Origin: an uncultured Phycisphaerales bacterium | GTDB lineage: Bacteria; Planctomycetota; Phycisphaerae; Sedimentisphaerales; Anaerobacaceae | Length of the DNA: 64,000 nucleotides | Direction of reading: 5' to 3' | NCBI GenBank assembly: GCA_963772725.1 | Contig: CAVYYI010000001.1 | Span: 1,184,001-1,248,000, forward strand | Notes under the pieces: generated by a model | What the model was told of the DNA's origin: nothing | The model's database searches: none | The model's input: the letters and a program-made list of their open reading frames with translations, nothing else | In this document: in pieces, positions 41,570 through 50,633 of the stretch | Layout: every line of letters begins with the position of its first letter | Position numbering within the stretch: position 1 is the first letter of the stretch | Program-made: the position numbers and the translations under genes

Positions 41570-43017
41570 ATCAGCGGCTGATTTTTTTTCTTCGTAAAGC
41601 CCTTATAATGAAAAGCTATCGTAAAATTAATTTTACCTTCTTTCGGGTCTTTTTTTGCGCTTTGTATGTTGACTTCCGCCAGGCTTTTCTGGGCCTGGAG
41701 ATTTTTGTGAAATTTATACAACTGTTCGTCGCTTTGTGCCTGACCGCTTATCATCACCGGGCGACCGGGTCTGAATTCAAAATTATCCAGGAGAATTCCT
41801 TCACTGCCCTGCGGGATTATTTCGCCGAGAAGTTCGAGCATTTCGAGCCTCTGCGGGATAACGGCTTTGATGATTCTCTGCTTCTCAATCAGCATAGCTG
41901 GAGTCGTTCCGGAGATGGGAGTATTAAGAAGTTTTTCCATTGAATTCAGTGCAGCGACATCGAGCGTATAAAAAACCGCCATTAAGGCGACCGCCGTTAA
42001 CGCGGCGGCGGCGGCGGTAACCTTGAGCGATTGTATCCAGGTTTTCTTTTTTTCTGTTCCGGCAGGCTGATAGATGGAGTTGAAAATATTAAATTCCGCA
42101 GCGTCGTCATCGAGTATCATGGCAGCCATCGCAATTGGAACACGATATTCATATATATTTCCAGCGTTAAGAGTCAGCGGCGTTGTCAGCTTATTGGTTT
42201 GAGGAGAAAGAACGACCGCATTGACACCCGCGGAACAAAGAGCATCAGCAACATTTTGAATCGTATCGCCGCCGTCTGAGAGCATATAGACAGGTATCTC
42301 GTTGGGTTGTTCAAAACCAAACATTGTCAGAGCATTTTTCATATCGAGCGCGAATCTGCCGGCGATATCGGCGCGGGTATCTAAAAAATCGTTCATACCG
42401 ACATCAAGAATAGCTCGATTTGCAAGTTTACCGCCGCGAACGAGGCAGGCCTGTGTATTTCGTGGTCCGATACTGACAACTATTCCATTGCCCGGAGTTT
42501 GGTCAGGGATAAAAAACTTTTTCCACGCCTGCACAACCGCCTGGCAATCGAGGACTATTTTTTCGGGATTAAACCAGCGGACATTTTCGACAAATTTTCG
42601 CAGGGAGTCTTTTCTGGCGGCGGCGACAGTAACAGCGATAGAGCCATTTAACGGTTTATCCGCCCGCCATGCAATTTCAATCTGGTCGGCAGACAACGGC
42701 ATTTTCGCCTCAGCCTGCATTTTTACGATTGTCGCAAGCTCGCCATCGCTTACGGTGGGGATATCGAGGCGATAGAAGACCACGCCTGAACAATTGAAGC
42801 CCGCGACAACGGAGACATTATGCTCGCCGCCAGCCTGTTCGATAAGCTCTGCGGCAAAGGAAGGCCAGCTCACTTGCGAGGCATCAGCACTTCGCGTAAG
42901 AACAACCTCTATAGAGCCGTTTTGTTTTCGCAGCACGGCAGCCCTGAGATTAGCGTCATCCTGCGATATCGCGACAACCGTTCGAGAATCTGAATTATAA
43001 TCGCTGATTTTGTTCAA
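41566..43017 (-). CDS. GspL (PilM/PilN-like) protein
   Basis: Cytoplasmic actin-like domain, TM, PilN-like ISGQAQS domain; TTG start overlaps the gspK stop. Confidence 0.7.
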   Translation of the reverse strand: MNKISDYNSDSRTVVAISQDDANLRAAVLRKQNGSIEVVLTRSADASQVSWPSFAAELIEQAGGEHNVSVVAGFNCSGVVFYRLDIPTVSDGELATIVKMQAEAKMPLSADQIEIAWRADKPLNGSIAVTVAAARKDSLRKFVENVRWFNPEKIVLDCQAVVQAWKKFFIPDQTPGNGIVVSIGPRNTQACLVRGGKLANRAILDVGMNDFLDTRADIAGRFALDMKNALTMFGFEQPNEIPVYMLSDGGDTIQNVADALCSAGVNAVVLSPQTNKLTTPLTLNAGNIYEYRVPIAMAAMILDDDAAEFNIFNSIYQPAGTEKKKTWIQSLKVTAAAAALTAVALMAVFYTLDVAALNSMEKLLNTPISGTTPAMLIEKQRIIKAVIPQRLEMLELLGEIIPQGSEGILLDNFEFRPGRPVMISGQAQSDEQLYKFHKNLQAQKSLAEVNIQSAKKDPKEGKINFTIAFHYKGFTKKKNQPLI

Positions 43018-44301
43018 TTGTTCGCTCCCTGGCACCAATAAAGAACCCTGTAAGGTTTAACGCTCCTGTCAATCACAGTTTCGGTCTGCGATACAGGCGG
43101 AGACATCGCATCTCCCGCGGCTTCGGCAGTACCGACGACAGTAAAAATATCTGAGCGCGTCGTTATATATTTTGCTATTTTCTTAAAAGTATCAATCTTC
43201 ATACCGCTTACTTTCAATAGTTCCGCGACGCTCTGCATACCATAGGCCAAAGACTCCCTGTATGTGATAATATCATCGGCGGATTTTTCGGCATCCTGCC
43301 CGCCGCCAAGCAGTGCCGCCAAAACAACTTTGGAAGCTGTATTGACATTCACCCTGCCTATAACCCTGCTTTGAGTGCTGACGGTAATTTTGTCCGCGAT
43401 ATTGGAAAATGTTTCGATGTCCAGCGGCTCGGCGTTATTGGAATCAGATTTCGAATCCTTATTCGCGTTTTTCGGAGAATTGTTATTTATCAAAATCGGA
43501 GATGCTCGTATATTTTTTCGAGCCTCGATTTTGAACAATCCATTTCGCCTGCGATTTTTTTATATTCAGCGAGCGACGAAGAGCGTTTTCATCGGCACTA
43601 TTAATATTTGTTCTTCTTTGACCATCCGCATCCCTGTTCCTATCGTAAGAATAGCACGTCAAATATTCAATCCAGCCTTTATTTATTGTGCCGTATCTTA
43701 TATCGTTGAGACGGGCGGCGGTATCGCGTCTAATCAGCGGAACGTTTCTATTTCCGTAAAACAGCTCATTGGTAACATCTTTAACCAGCAATAATTCCCG
43801 AATTGTTCTGAATGGGCCGTTACGAATCGTATAACCATATCGCAGATTCCTGTAATAACCGCTTTCGACGCCGGCCTGTGAGGGGGTATCATCGGCGTCA
43901 CGCCAGTCAATTATGGCCTCGGCAATTTCTTCAGTCATCTCCGGAAGCGCCAAAAGCTGGTCTTTCGTAACAGTATTTATATGAAGTTTCGAGGCTTCAT
44001 CAAAAACACGCACATCAAATTTACACCCTTCCAGTTTTATATCGTTGAAATCTATGTCATTTTCACTCCACAAATCCTTAAGACTGTCGCTTTGCTTTAA
44101 ATCATCATTCAGGACGGCATCGGCGGTTTCAATACCAGCCCGGCATGCCCATTTGAGCCTTAAACCATCGACAGCCGCTATACAGATTTTGGTATCAAGC
44201 CTGCTGCTCCACGATACAGAGGCTACTATCACTGTGAGGATTATTACCACCCACAGGACAGTTACCAAAACAAGAGCTTTTCTGCTTTTAGCGATTTTCA
44301 T
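43014..44301 (-). CDS. gspK: Minor pseudopilin GspK (frameshift near 43490)
   Basis: ALVLVTVLWV, DEASKLHIN, AIIDWRDAD, NGPFRTIRELLLVK, VNVNTAS HhH motifs. Confidence 0.85.
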
Positions 44302-45040
44302 TGCTGGTTCCCCCCTGCTCACTTTCTGACGCGGCCTGTTCGGACTCGGACTGCTGCTCTTCTTCTTCAAAAGCGCCGGTATTTTTACCTTTGCACCGGA
44401 CAAAATTTACGAGAAGGGATTCTACCGCCATATCGCGTCTGTTCGGCAGTCTCACCGCAATGGTTACTTCGGCAAGTTCCGGAATAGAGTTGAAATCCTC
44501 AGGCCATTCTGTCGCCCATTGTTTGCCGTCAAAATATCTTATATCGAATGTGTTGATATCGTCAGCTATGGTGGTCAAGACACCGTGAGTCGCTGAATCG
44601 GCGTTGACTTTGTCGGGATTAGGCCAGATTCGCCTTGTGAGGATTTTTTTGTTCTCATTATTCAAAAGCCGATACTCAACCTCATAGACGTCATTTTCCG
44701 GCTGCTCGGCACGGGCTTTGACGTGACTTACAGCGTAGAAAGTCATGCTGCTTAAGCCGCCGAGTTCCGATGCCCCAACCATCCCGACAAATTTGCCATA
44801 CGCCGGGTTGCGGTCGCGATACAGATTGCCGAGGTCGGCAGCTATCATTTTAGCGGCAAATCTTACATCTGAGGCAACATCGATATTTTGTTCGACCTTT
44901 TCGGCACTGGCAGAAATAGCCTTTAACGAACCGAGTATAACGACGGCAATGAATAAGCCTATGACCGAGGCGATTATCATCTCGATTAATGTAAAGCCGC
45001 GAGGCTTGCTGCGAACAAATTTTTCTGCCAAAACTTTCAT
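44288..45040 (-). CDS. gspJ: Minor pseudopilin GspJ
   Basis: RGFTLIEM prepilin site; VYEVEYRL, IRYFDGKQW..EW, PELAEVTI. Confidence 0.8.
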   Translation of the reverse strand: MKVLAEKFVRSKPRGFTLIEMIIASVIGLFIAVVILGSLKAISASAEKVEQNIDVASDVRFAAKMIAADLGNLYRDRNPAYGKFVGMVGASELGGLSSMTFYAVSHVKARAEQPENDVYEVEYRLLNNENKKILTRRIWPNPDKVNADSATHGVLTTIADDINTFDIRYFDGKQWATEWPEDFNSIPELAEVTIAVRLPNRRDMAVESLLVNFVRCKGKNTGAFEEEEQQSESEQAASESEQGGTSNENR

Positions 45041-45450
45041 TGCACCTGTGATTCTGTTTGTGTCAAATTGCCCGTTCCGTTGTATCGAGTATCAACTTCG
45101 ATACTGTAAGTTTTGCCGCTGTTAACCCAGCTCACGATTAAACTCAGCTCGTAAAGATTGTTGAGAGCGAGCGATTCTGTTGTAACCTGCCAGTGATAGC
45201 CCTGCTCATATTCCTCAAAATCACCTTCGGTCATCTGCATATCGATAAAATCTTCTACGCCGATATAGTCGATGATTGCGAGCTGCTTATCGGCGAGGCG
45301 GCAGGCCGTTTCGTATTGCCTGTTAAGTTTCGTGGCGGTAAGTGTGCGTGTGCTGAGCGCACCTATGGCCAAAACCGAGCCGCATAGTATCACGCTCGCT
45401 ATAACAGCCTCAACAAGAGTGAAGCCTTTTTTGTCTTTTCTTTTCAACAC
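45037..45450 (-). CDS. gspI: Minor pseudopilin GspI-like
   Basis: KGFTLVEA prepilin site; YHWQV; operon order. Confidence 0.7.
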   Translation of the reverse strand: MLKRKDKKGFTLVEAVIASVILCGSVLAIGALSTRTLTATKLNRQYETACRLADKQLAIIDYIGVEDFIDMQMTEGDFEEYEQGYHWQVTTESLALNNLYELSLIVSWVNSGKTYSIEVDTRYNGTGNLTQTESQVQ

Positions 45451-45452
45451 CC

Positions 45453-46022
45453 TTATTCCTCATCCAAATCAATCGTATCGCTTTGAAGATTAACGGCGGC
45501 AGCATCATAAAGCCTTGACTTACCCGTCGCGGCGGAGATGCTGACGGTATAATGATTTCTGGTATCCCCAATCTGAATTACCGCGGACTGGCTGCTCCCG
45601 GAGGATGAAAATGTTATCTCTCTCTGCTCATCTTCAGCAGAAAAATCTTCCATATTTTCGGATTTAATTTGAACACCCTCAAATTTCACATCGCCGGCAA
45701 ATTTTATTGGCTTGAAATACGCGTCTCTGACAGGCACAGCGACTGTATCGCCGATGCTTTCATCATATTTCTCCATACTCAGTGAAATTGTGCAATTCTC
45801 AATATCCAGGTTCAAATAGCACGTGGTTTTCCTTTCTACCGCGAGAGTCCTGGCATATTTTGCGGCACGCATAAAATCCATCGCCGACTTTTTAACAAGC
45901 AGCCTTTTATATGTGCCGAGATAGACTCCGCCGCTTGCGCTGATTACCAGTACAATAAGTGTTACCACCACAAGCATCTCAATAAGGGTAAAAGCTTTTC
46001 TAATTTGCCGTTCGCTATTCAT
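45453..46022 (-). CDS. gspH: Minor pseudopilin GspH-like
   Basis: AFTLIEML, YARTLAV, ITFSSSG; operon order. Confidence 0.7.
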   Translation of the reverse strand: MNSERQIRKAFTLIEMLVVVTLIVLVISASGGVYLGTYKRLLVKKSAMDFMRAAKYARTLAVERKTTCYLNLDIENCTISLSMEKYDESIGDTVAVPVRDAYFKPIKFAGDVKFEGVQIKSENMEDFSAEDEQREITFSSSGSSQSAVIQIGDTRNHYTVSISAATGKSRLYDAAAVNLQSDTIDLDEE

Positions 46023-46054
46023 AGTTCGTTAGATATTCTTATTTCTTCTTTGCC

Positions 46055-46486
46055 CTACTCATTATATATATCCGCGTTGTCGCCTTCTCCGCTTTCCCTG
46101 CTGTCGGCGCCAAAACTTATCAAATCGAAACTGCCAGGATTTTTTTCGCCCTGTGCGATGTACTGGTAAGGATTGCCCCACGGGTCAAGCAGTTCACTGC
46201 GTTTGAGATAAGGCCCGTTCCATTTGCCTTCCGGTAAATCCGCAGGCGGCGTAATCAGTGCCTCGAGGCCTTCATCATCAGTTGGGTATCTTCCGCAGTC
46301 GATATAAAACCTGCCCACGGCGCTTTCGATATTGGTCATCTTGGCTTTTGCGATATCGCTCTTGGCCTTGCCGAGTCCTTTGAAAATTCTCGGCGCAAGA
46401 ACAGTCGCAATCATCGATATAATGAGAATCACCACAAGCACTTCAACAAGCGTGAATGCCCTGCCATTTTTTCTTATCCGTTTCAT
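46055..46486 (-). CDS. gspG: Major pseudopilin GspG
   Basis: AFTLVEVLVV, GRYPT..EGLEAL, WNGPYL, DPWGNPY, SFGAD...GEG.NADI. Confidence 0.93.
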   Translation of the reverse strand: MKRIRKNGRAFTLVEVLVVILIISMIATVLAPRIFKGLGKAKSDIAKAKMTNIESAVGRFYIDCGRYPTDDEGLEALITPPADLPEGKWNGPYLKRSELLDPWGNPYQYIAQGEKNPGSFDLISFGADSRESGEGDNADIYNE

Positions 46487-46513
46487 TCGAACTCCTTTCA
46501 TAAAAAGCGTCAT

Positions 46514-47773
46514 TTAAATCACTCCTGAGCCAAGACCCATTTTAACAATGGGCAGCAGAACGGCTATAATTATAAAACCTATTACTACACCGAGCAGCAA
46601 AATTAAAAACGCTGGGAAAATCGCGATGAACCTGTTTATCGCCGCATCGGCCTCGGAATCGAATGTTTCGGCGGCGTTGAGCAGAAGTTCATCGAGCTTT
46701 CCCGTCTGCTCGCCTATTGAAACAATCTGCACGAGTAAAGGTGGAAACTGTCCCGAAGCATTCAGCGGTTCGGCAAGCGGTGTGCCGGTCTTTACTTTTT
46801 CGGCGACATTATCAATCTCGCTGCCGAGTAGTTCATTGCCGAGCGTGTTGCGGACTATGCTGAGCGATTCGAGTATCGGTACGCCGCCTTTCGTTAGTGA
46901 GCCGAGCGTCCTGGCGAATCTGCCCACCGCGATAGTCTGCAGAACCGAACCGAGAACCGGTACTTTCAGCTTAAAAGTATCCCATTGCATTCTGCCGGCA
47001 TCTCTTATCCAGGTGATAAAATAATATGATGCCGCGCCAACAATAATCAGAAACAGCAGGCCATATCTTTTTAACATGTCGCTAATCGCCAGCAGGAATC
47101 TTGTAGGCCAGGGCAGAACCGCGACGCCGCCGCTGATTGTTGCGAGGATATTCGGCAGTACCCAGTTAATTATTATAATTACCGATGCTATCCCAACACA
47201 AAGAACAAAGATGGGATATGCCGAGGCGTTTTTCATGTTCGTTTTTATTTTTTCATCTCTGGTTAGTATATTAACCAGTTGCGCCGTGGTCTGTTCGAGA
47301 ATACCGCCTGTTTCGCCCACTCTGACCATCGAAATATACAAAGGGCTGAACTTAAATGAGCCTGTGTTCTTACAGCCCTCCATCGCATCGGAAAGCGATT
47401 GCCCCTGGCTAACGGACTGGACAAGCTCATTGAGCATATTTCTCATCGCGGGTTTGTTCTGCTGGTCGTGAATAATTTTCAATGCGCCAAGCAGCGGCAG
47501 TCCCGCCTTTAAAGCGGTGCTGAGCTGGTTGGTCATCGCCAGGATTTCTCTGCCGGTTATTCTCTGCGAACTGATTTTCGCCAGTTTAAAGGCTTTCAAG
47601 CCCGCCTGAGCGATACCGCTTTCGGCAAAACCGGCCGTCTTTTCACTTAGCTCGGTTACAAACTCGCCCTTTTGCGAGAGGATTGTCACAGCGGCTTTGC
47701 GGTCGCCTGCATCTACCGTGCCGCTGATATGCGAACCCGACCGGTCAACAGCTTTGTATATGAACTGTCCCAA
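46514..47773 (-). CDS. gspF: T2SS inner-membrane platform protein
   Basis: QLSTALKAGLPL, MVRVGETGG, YPIF, GEQTGKLD. Confidence 0.9.
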   Translation of the reverse strand: MGQFIYKAVDRSGSHISGTVDAGDRKAAVTILSQKGEFVTELSEKTAGFAESGIAQAGLKAFKLAKISSQRITGREILAMTNQLSTALKAGLPLLGALKIIHDQQNKPAMRNMLNELVQSVSQGQSLSDAMEGCKNTGSFKFSPLYISMVRVGETGGILEQTTAQLVNILTRDEKIKTNMKNASAYPIFVLCVGIASVIIIINWVLPNILATISGGVAVLPWPTRFLLAISDMLKRYGLLFLIIVGAASYYFITWIRDAGRMQWDTFKLKVPVLGSVLQTIAVGRFARTLGSLTKGGVPILESLSIVRNTLGNELLGSEIDNVAEKVKTGTPLAEPLNASGQFPPLLVQIVSIGEQTGKLDELLLNAAETFDSEADAAINRFIAIFPAFLILLLGVVIGFIIIAVLLPIVKMGLGSGVI

Positions 47774-47786
47774 AATAGCTTACCCT

Positions 47787-49496
47787 TTACTCTTCATCCG
47801 TTACTCCCTGTGTAACTCTCAGCACCTCTTCAGGAGTCGTAACGCCATCCATAACTTTATTAACACCATCATGCCGCATACTGACATGGTCTTTCGGCGC
47901 GGCTTTAATTATCTGCTCCGTGGTCGGCCTTTGCGCAATCAGCTCACGCAGCGGCTCAGTTATTCTAAGCAGCTCATATATACCAGTTCTGCCTTTCATA
48001 CCGGTCTGCGTACACTCATCACAGCCGCAGCCATGATAAAGCTTTGGAGTACGATTAGATTTTAAGGTTCCATTAAGAGCCTTAAGCAGATGCTCATCGG
48101 GTTTATAAATCTCCTTGCAGTTAGGGCAAATCCTGCGAACCAGTCTCTGAGCCAGCACTGCGTCAAGCGAACTTGCCAAAAGGAACGGCTCAACGCCCAT
48201 ATCAATCAGCCTTGTAACTGCGCCGGGTGCATCGTTGGTGTGCAGTGTCGAGAAAACAAGATGGCCTGTCAGTGCCGCGCGAATCGCTATTTCAGCGGTC
48301 TCTTTATCGCGAATCTCGCCGACCATTATGATATCGGGGTCCTGCCTGAGGATATGCCGCAAACCCGTGGCAAAAGTCAGGCCTCTTTTGGGATTAACCG
48401 GCATCTGGATAATACCGTTAAGCTGGTATTCCACGGGGTCTTCGATAGTTATTATTTTAAGAGACGGCGTATAAATCCTGTTAAGGGCTGCGTAAAGAGT
48501 CGTCGTTTTACCGCTGCCGGTAGGCCCTGTAACAAGTACAATTCCATGTGCCTTGTGAAGCGCCTGGTTAAAACCCTTGAGACACATCGCGTTCATCCCA
48601 AGCTCGTCAAGTCCTATCAGCGATGCGGAGCGGTCGAGAATTCTCATTGTAATCGATTCGCCGTATATCGTCGGTACTGTAGAGACACGAATATCGACTT
48701 TGCCGTCCCTGCCGGTGAACTCAATATGGCCGTCCTGCGGTACAAACCGCTCAGCGATATTCATATTGCCCATAATCTTGATTCGTGAAACTATCGCTGC
48801 CTGGAGCCGCTTAGATGAGGGGGTTTTTTCGACAAGTAAACCGTCAATACGATATTTGATTTTAACCTCACCCGCGAAAGGCTCAATATGCACATCGCTT
48901 GCTCGGGATTCAATGGCCTCAAAAATAATGAGATTGACAAGGTTAACCAGTGATGGCTCCCGGGCTAATTCATGGAGTTTGGCCGCGGAATAGTCGCCGT
49001 TTTCAGCCTCATCCTTGGTCTGCAGTTCGGCAGGAGCGAGGTTGTCCATCATTCTGGCGACATTACTGCCGTAAAATTTCAGAATAGCCTTTTCCATATC
49101 GGCAGGCTCGGCATAATACCGCTGCAAGAGACAGCCGGTAACAAGGCGGATATCTTCCACTGCCTGAAGTTCAAAAGGCTGGGTCATCGCGACGGCAAGG
49201 CGGCCGTCTTCATATTGCAGGGGAAGAATATTGTATTTGCTGACCATCTCCGCGGGGACAAGGCTGAGTATTTCGGAAGTGACTACGACATCGGCCAGGT
49301 CAACTTTTATAATGCCGACCTGAAACGCAAGTGCTTCATTTAACTGATGTTGCGTTATATAACCAAGCTTAAGCAGCACCTGGCCGAGGGGCAAATGTTC
49401 AGTTTTTTCCTGCTCAACAAGGGCAAGTTCGAGGCCGGCCTGGTCAAGGTACGACCGCTCGCAGAGAAGTTCTCCTAATTTCTTCCTCGAAGACAT
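47787..49496 (-). CDS. gspE: T2SS ATPase GspE/PilB
   Basis: ASDVHIEP, PQDG, GPTGSGKTTT, TIEDPVE, LRQDPDIIMVGEIRD, TGHLVFSTLHTN, CxxC..CxxC. Confidence 0.93.
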   Translation of the reverse strand: MSSRKKLGELLCERSYLDQAGLELALVEQEKTEHLPLGQVLLKLGYITQHQLNEALAFQVGIIKVDLADVVVTSEILSLVPAEMVSKYNILPLQYEDGRLAVAMTQPFELQAVEDIRLVTGCLLQRYYAEPADMEKAILKFYGSNVARMMDNLAPAELQTKDEAENGDYSAAKLHELAREPSLVNLVNLIIFEAIESRASDVHIEPFAGEVKIKYRIDGLLVEKTPSSKRLQAAIVSRIKIMGNMNIAERFVPQDGHIEFTGRDGKVDIRVSTVPTIYGESITMRILDRSASLIGLDELGMNAMCLKGFNQALHKAHGIVLVTGPTGSGKTTTLYAALNRIYTPSLKIITIEDPVEYQLNGIIQMPVNPKRGLTFATGLRHILRQDPDIIMVGEIRDKETAEIAIRAALTGHLVFSTLHTNDAPGAVTRLIDMGVEPFLLASSLDAVLAQRLVRRICPNCKEIYKPDEHLLKALNGTLKSNRTPKLYHGCGCDECTQTGMKGRTGIYELLRITEPLRELIAQRPTTEQIIKAAPKDHVSMRHDGVNKVMDGVTTPEEVLRVTQGVTDEE

Positions 49497-50003
49497 AAAA
49501 AAACCTGCCTTTATACTCAATTTTTATTCAATAAACAGTGCTCTAATTATATACAAATAAAGAACTTATGTCAAGAAACATAATGCTTCCATAAACTATC
49601 GGAAAGCTCTAAGTAAAAGTAATCTATACACTTATAGACGCTTTTCAAAAGTATTTTATTACAAAAAATTTTGACTTTTTGATTATTTTTGCAGATTTTT
49701 TTGTTAATTTAGGTAAAATTTCTTATCTCCTATCGCTTGGCGGCAGATGCTCGATGCCCATTTTTTAGTCAATGGCGAGGGATTCAAAGTAAGCAAAAAA
49801 TTAATCATTTTTGGGAATAATCACTACAATCGTCACAGCTTACCTAAATTACGCCCAAAATATGAGTGTTTTTCTACGGTTTTCTATAACTTTTGAATGT
49901 TTTTGAGCAAAAATGACCTGCTTTTGAGCAAAAATTGGCAAAATTAATTCAACAACTTTATATAGCACAAGTCAAAAAAGTTAAAATGGGAAAGATTTTT
50001 GAA

Positions 50004-50550
50004 GAAGCCAAGAGCCAGAAGCCGGTAGCCAGAATGGCAAGGAAAGTTTGCAGTTCGTGGTTCATAGTTGAAAGTACAGCGTGGAGCGTACGGCGTATAG
50101 CGTACCGAAAGGAAGAAAATAGCGTACAGCGGGGAGCGGGGAGGAATTGGGGTGCAAACAAGACCCAAGACACCAGACACAAGAGGAAGATGAAACAGGT
50201 ATTGCGTATTGCGTCGTGCGTATTGCGGATGGAAAATTCGAAGCTTGAAGTACGAAATCCGGAATAAATCTCAAATAATGAAACTCGAAATTTAAAACAA
50301 AAAGACTGGCGAAGAAGACGATTTTGGATTTATTTTAACCACGAATTGCCACGAATGAACACTAAAAAGCACGGAGAATTTTTTGGACAGGATTTACGGG
50401 ATTTAACTGGATATTTTTTTAGACACGGATTTCACGGTATTTGTCCGGCTTGCGTTCGGCGGCAAGGTCTTTTTCTATAATAATTATATAGCCACAGAGA
50501 GCACAGATTTCACAGAAGGAAGAAATATTAAATCCGCCAGAGGCGGAGAG
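50004..50550. repeat. Compound array of many different 7-bp and 9-bp periodic elements
   Basis: AGCCAGA-, GTTCNNN-/GTANAGC-, AGACACA-, GTATTGC- and AAATCCG-type heptamer runs, then CACGAAT-, CAGGATT-, CACGGAT- and CACAGA-type nonamer runs. Confidence 0.8.
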
Positions 50551-50633
50551 GAGGAATTAGTTAGGTCGTTTTATGCCGTGGCTTTTATTATCTTGCCGGG
50601 TGAATAGTTAAATGAATAGAGCTATTTTCGGAA

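Noticed and set aside
37115..49496. T2SS operon as a novel system
   Set aside because: Gene content and order match a conventional type II secretion cluster.
49935..50274. ORFs of 70-110 aa over the periodic-repeat region
   Set aside because: They arise from stop-poor heptamer repeats on both strands, with no convincing RBS or protein-family features.
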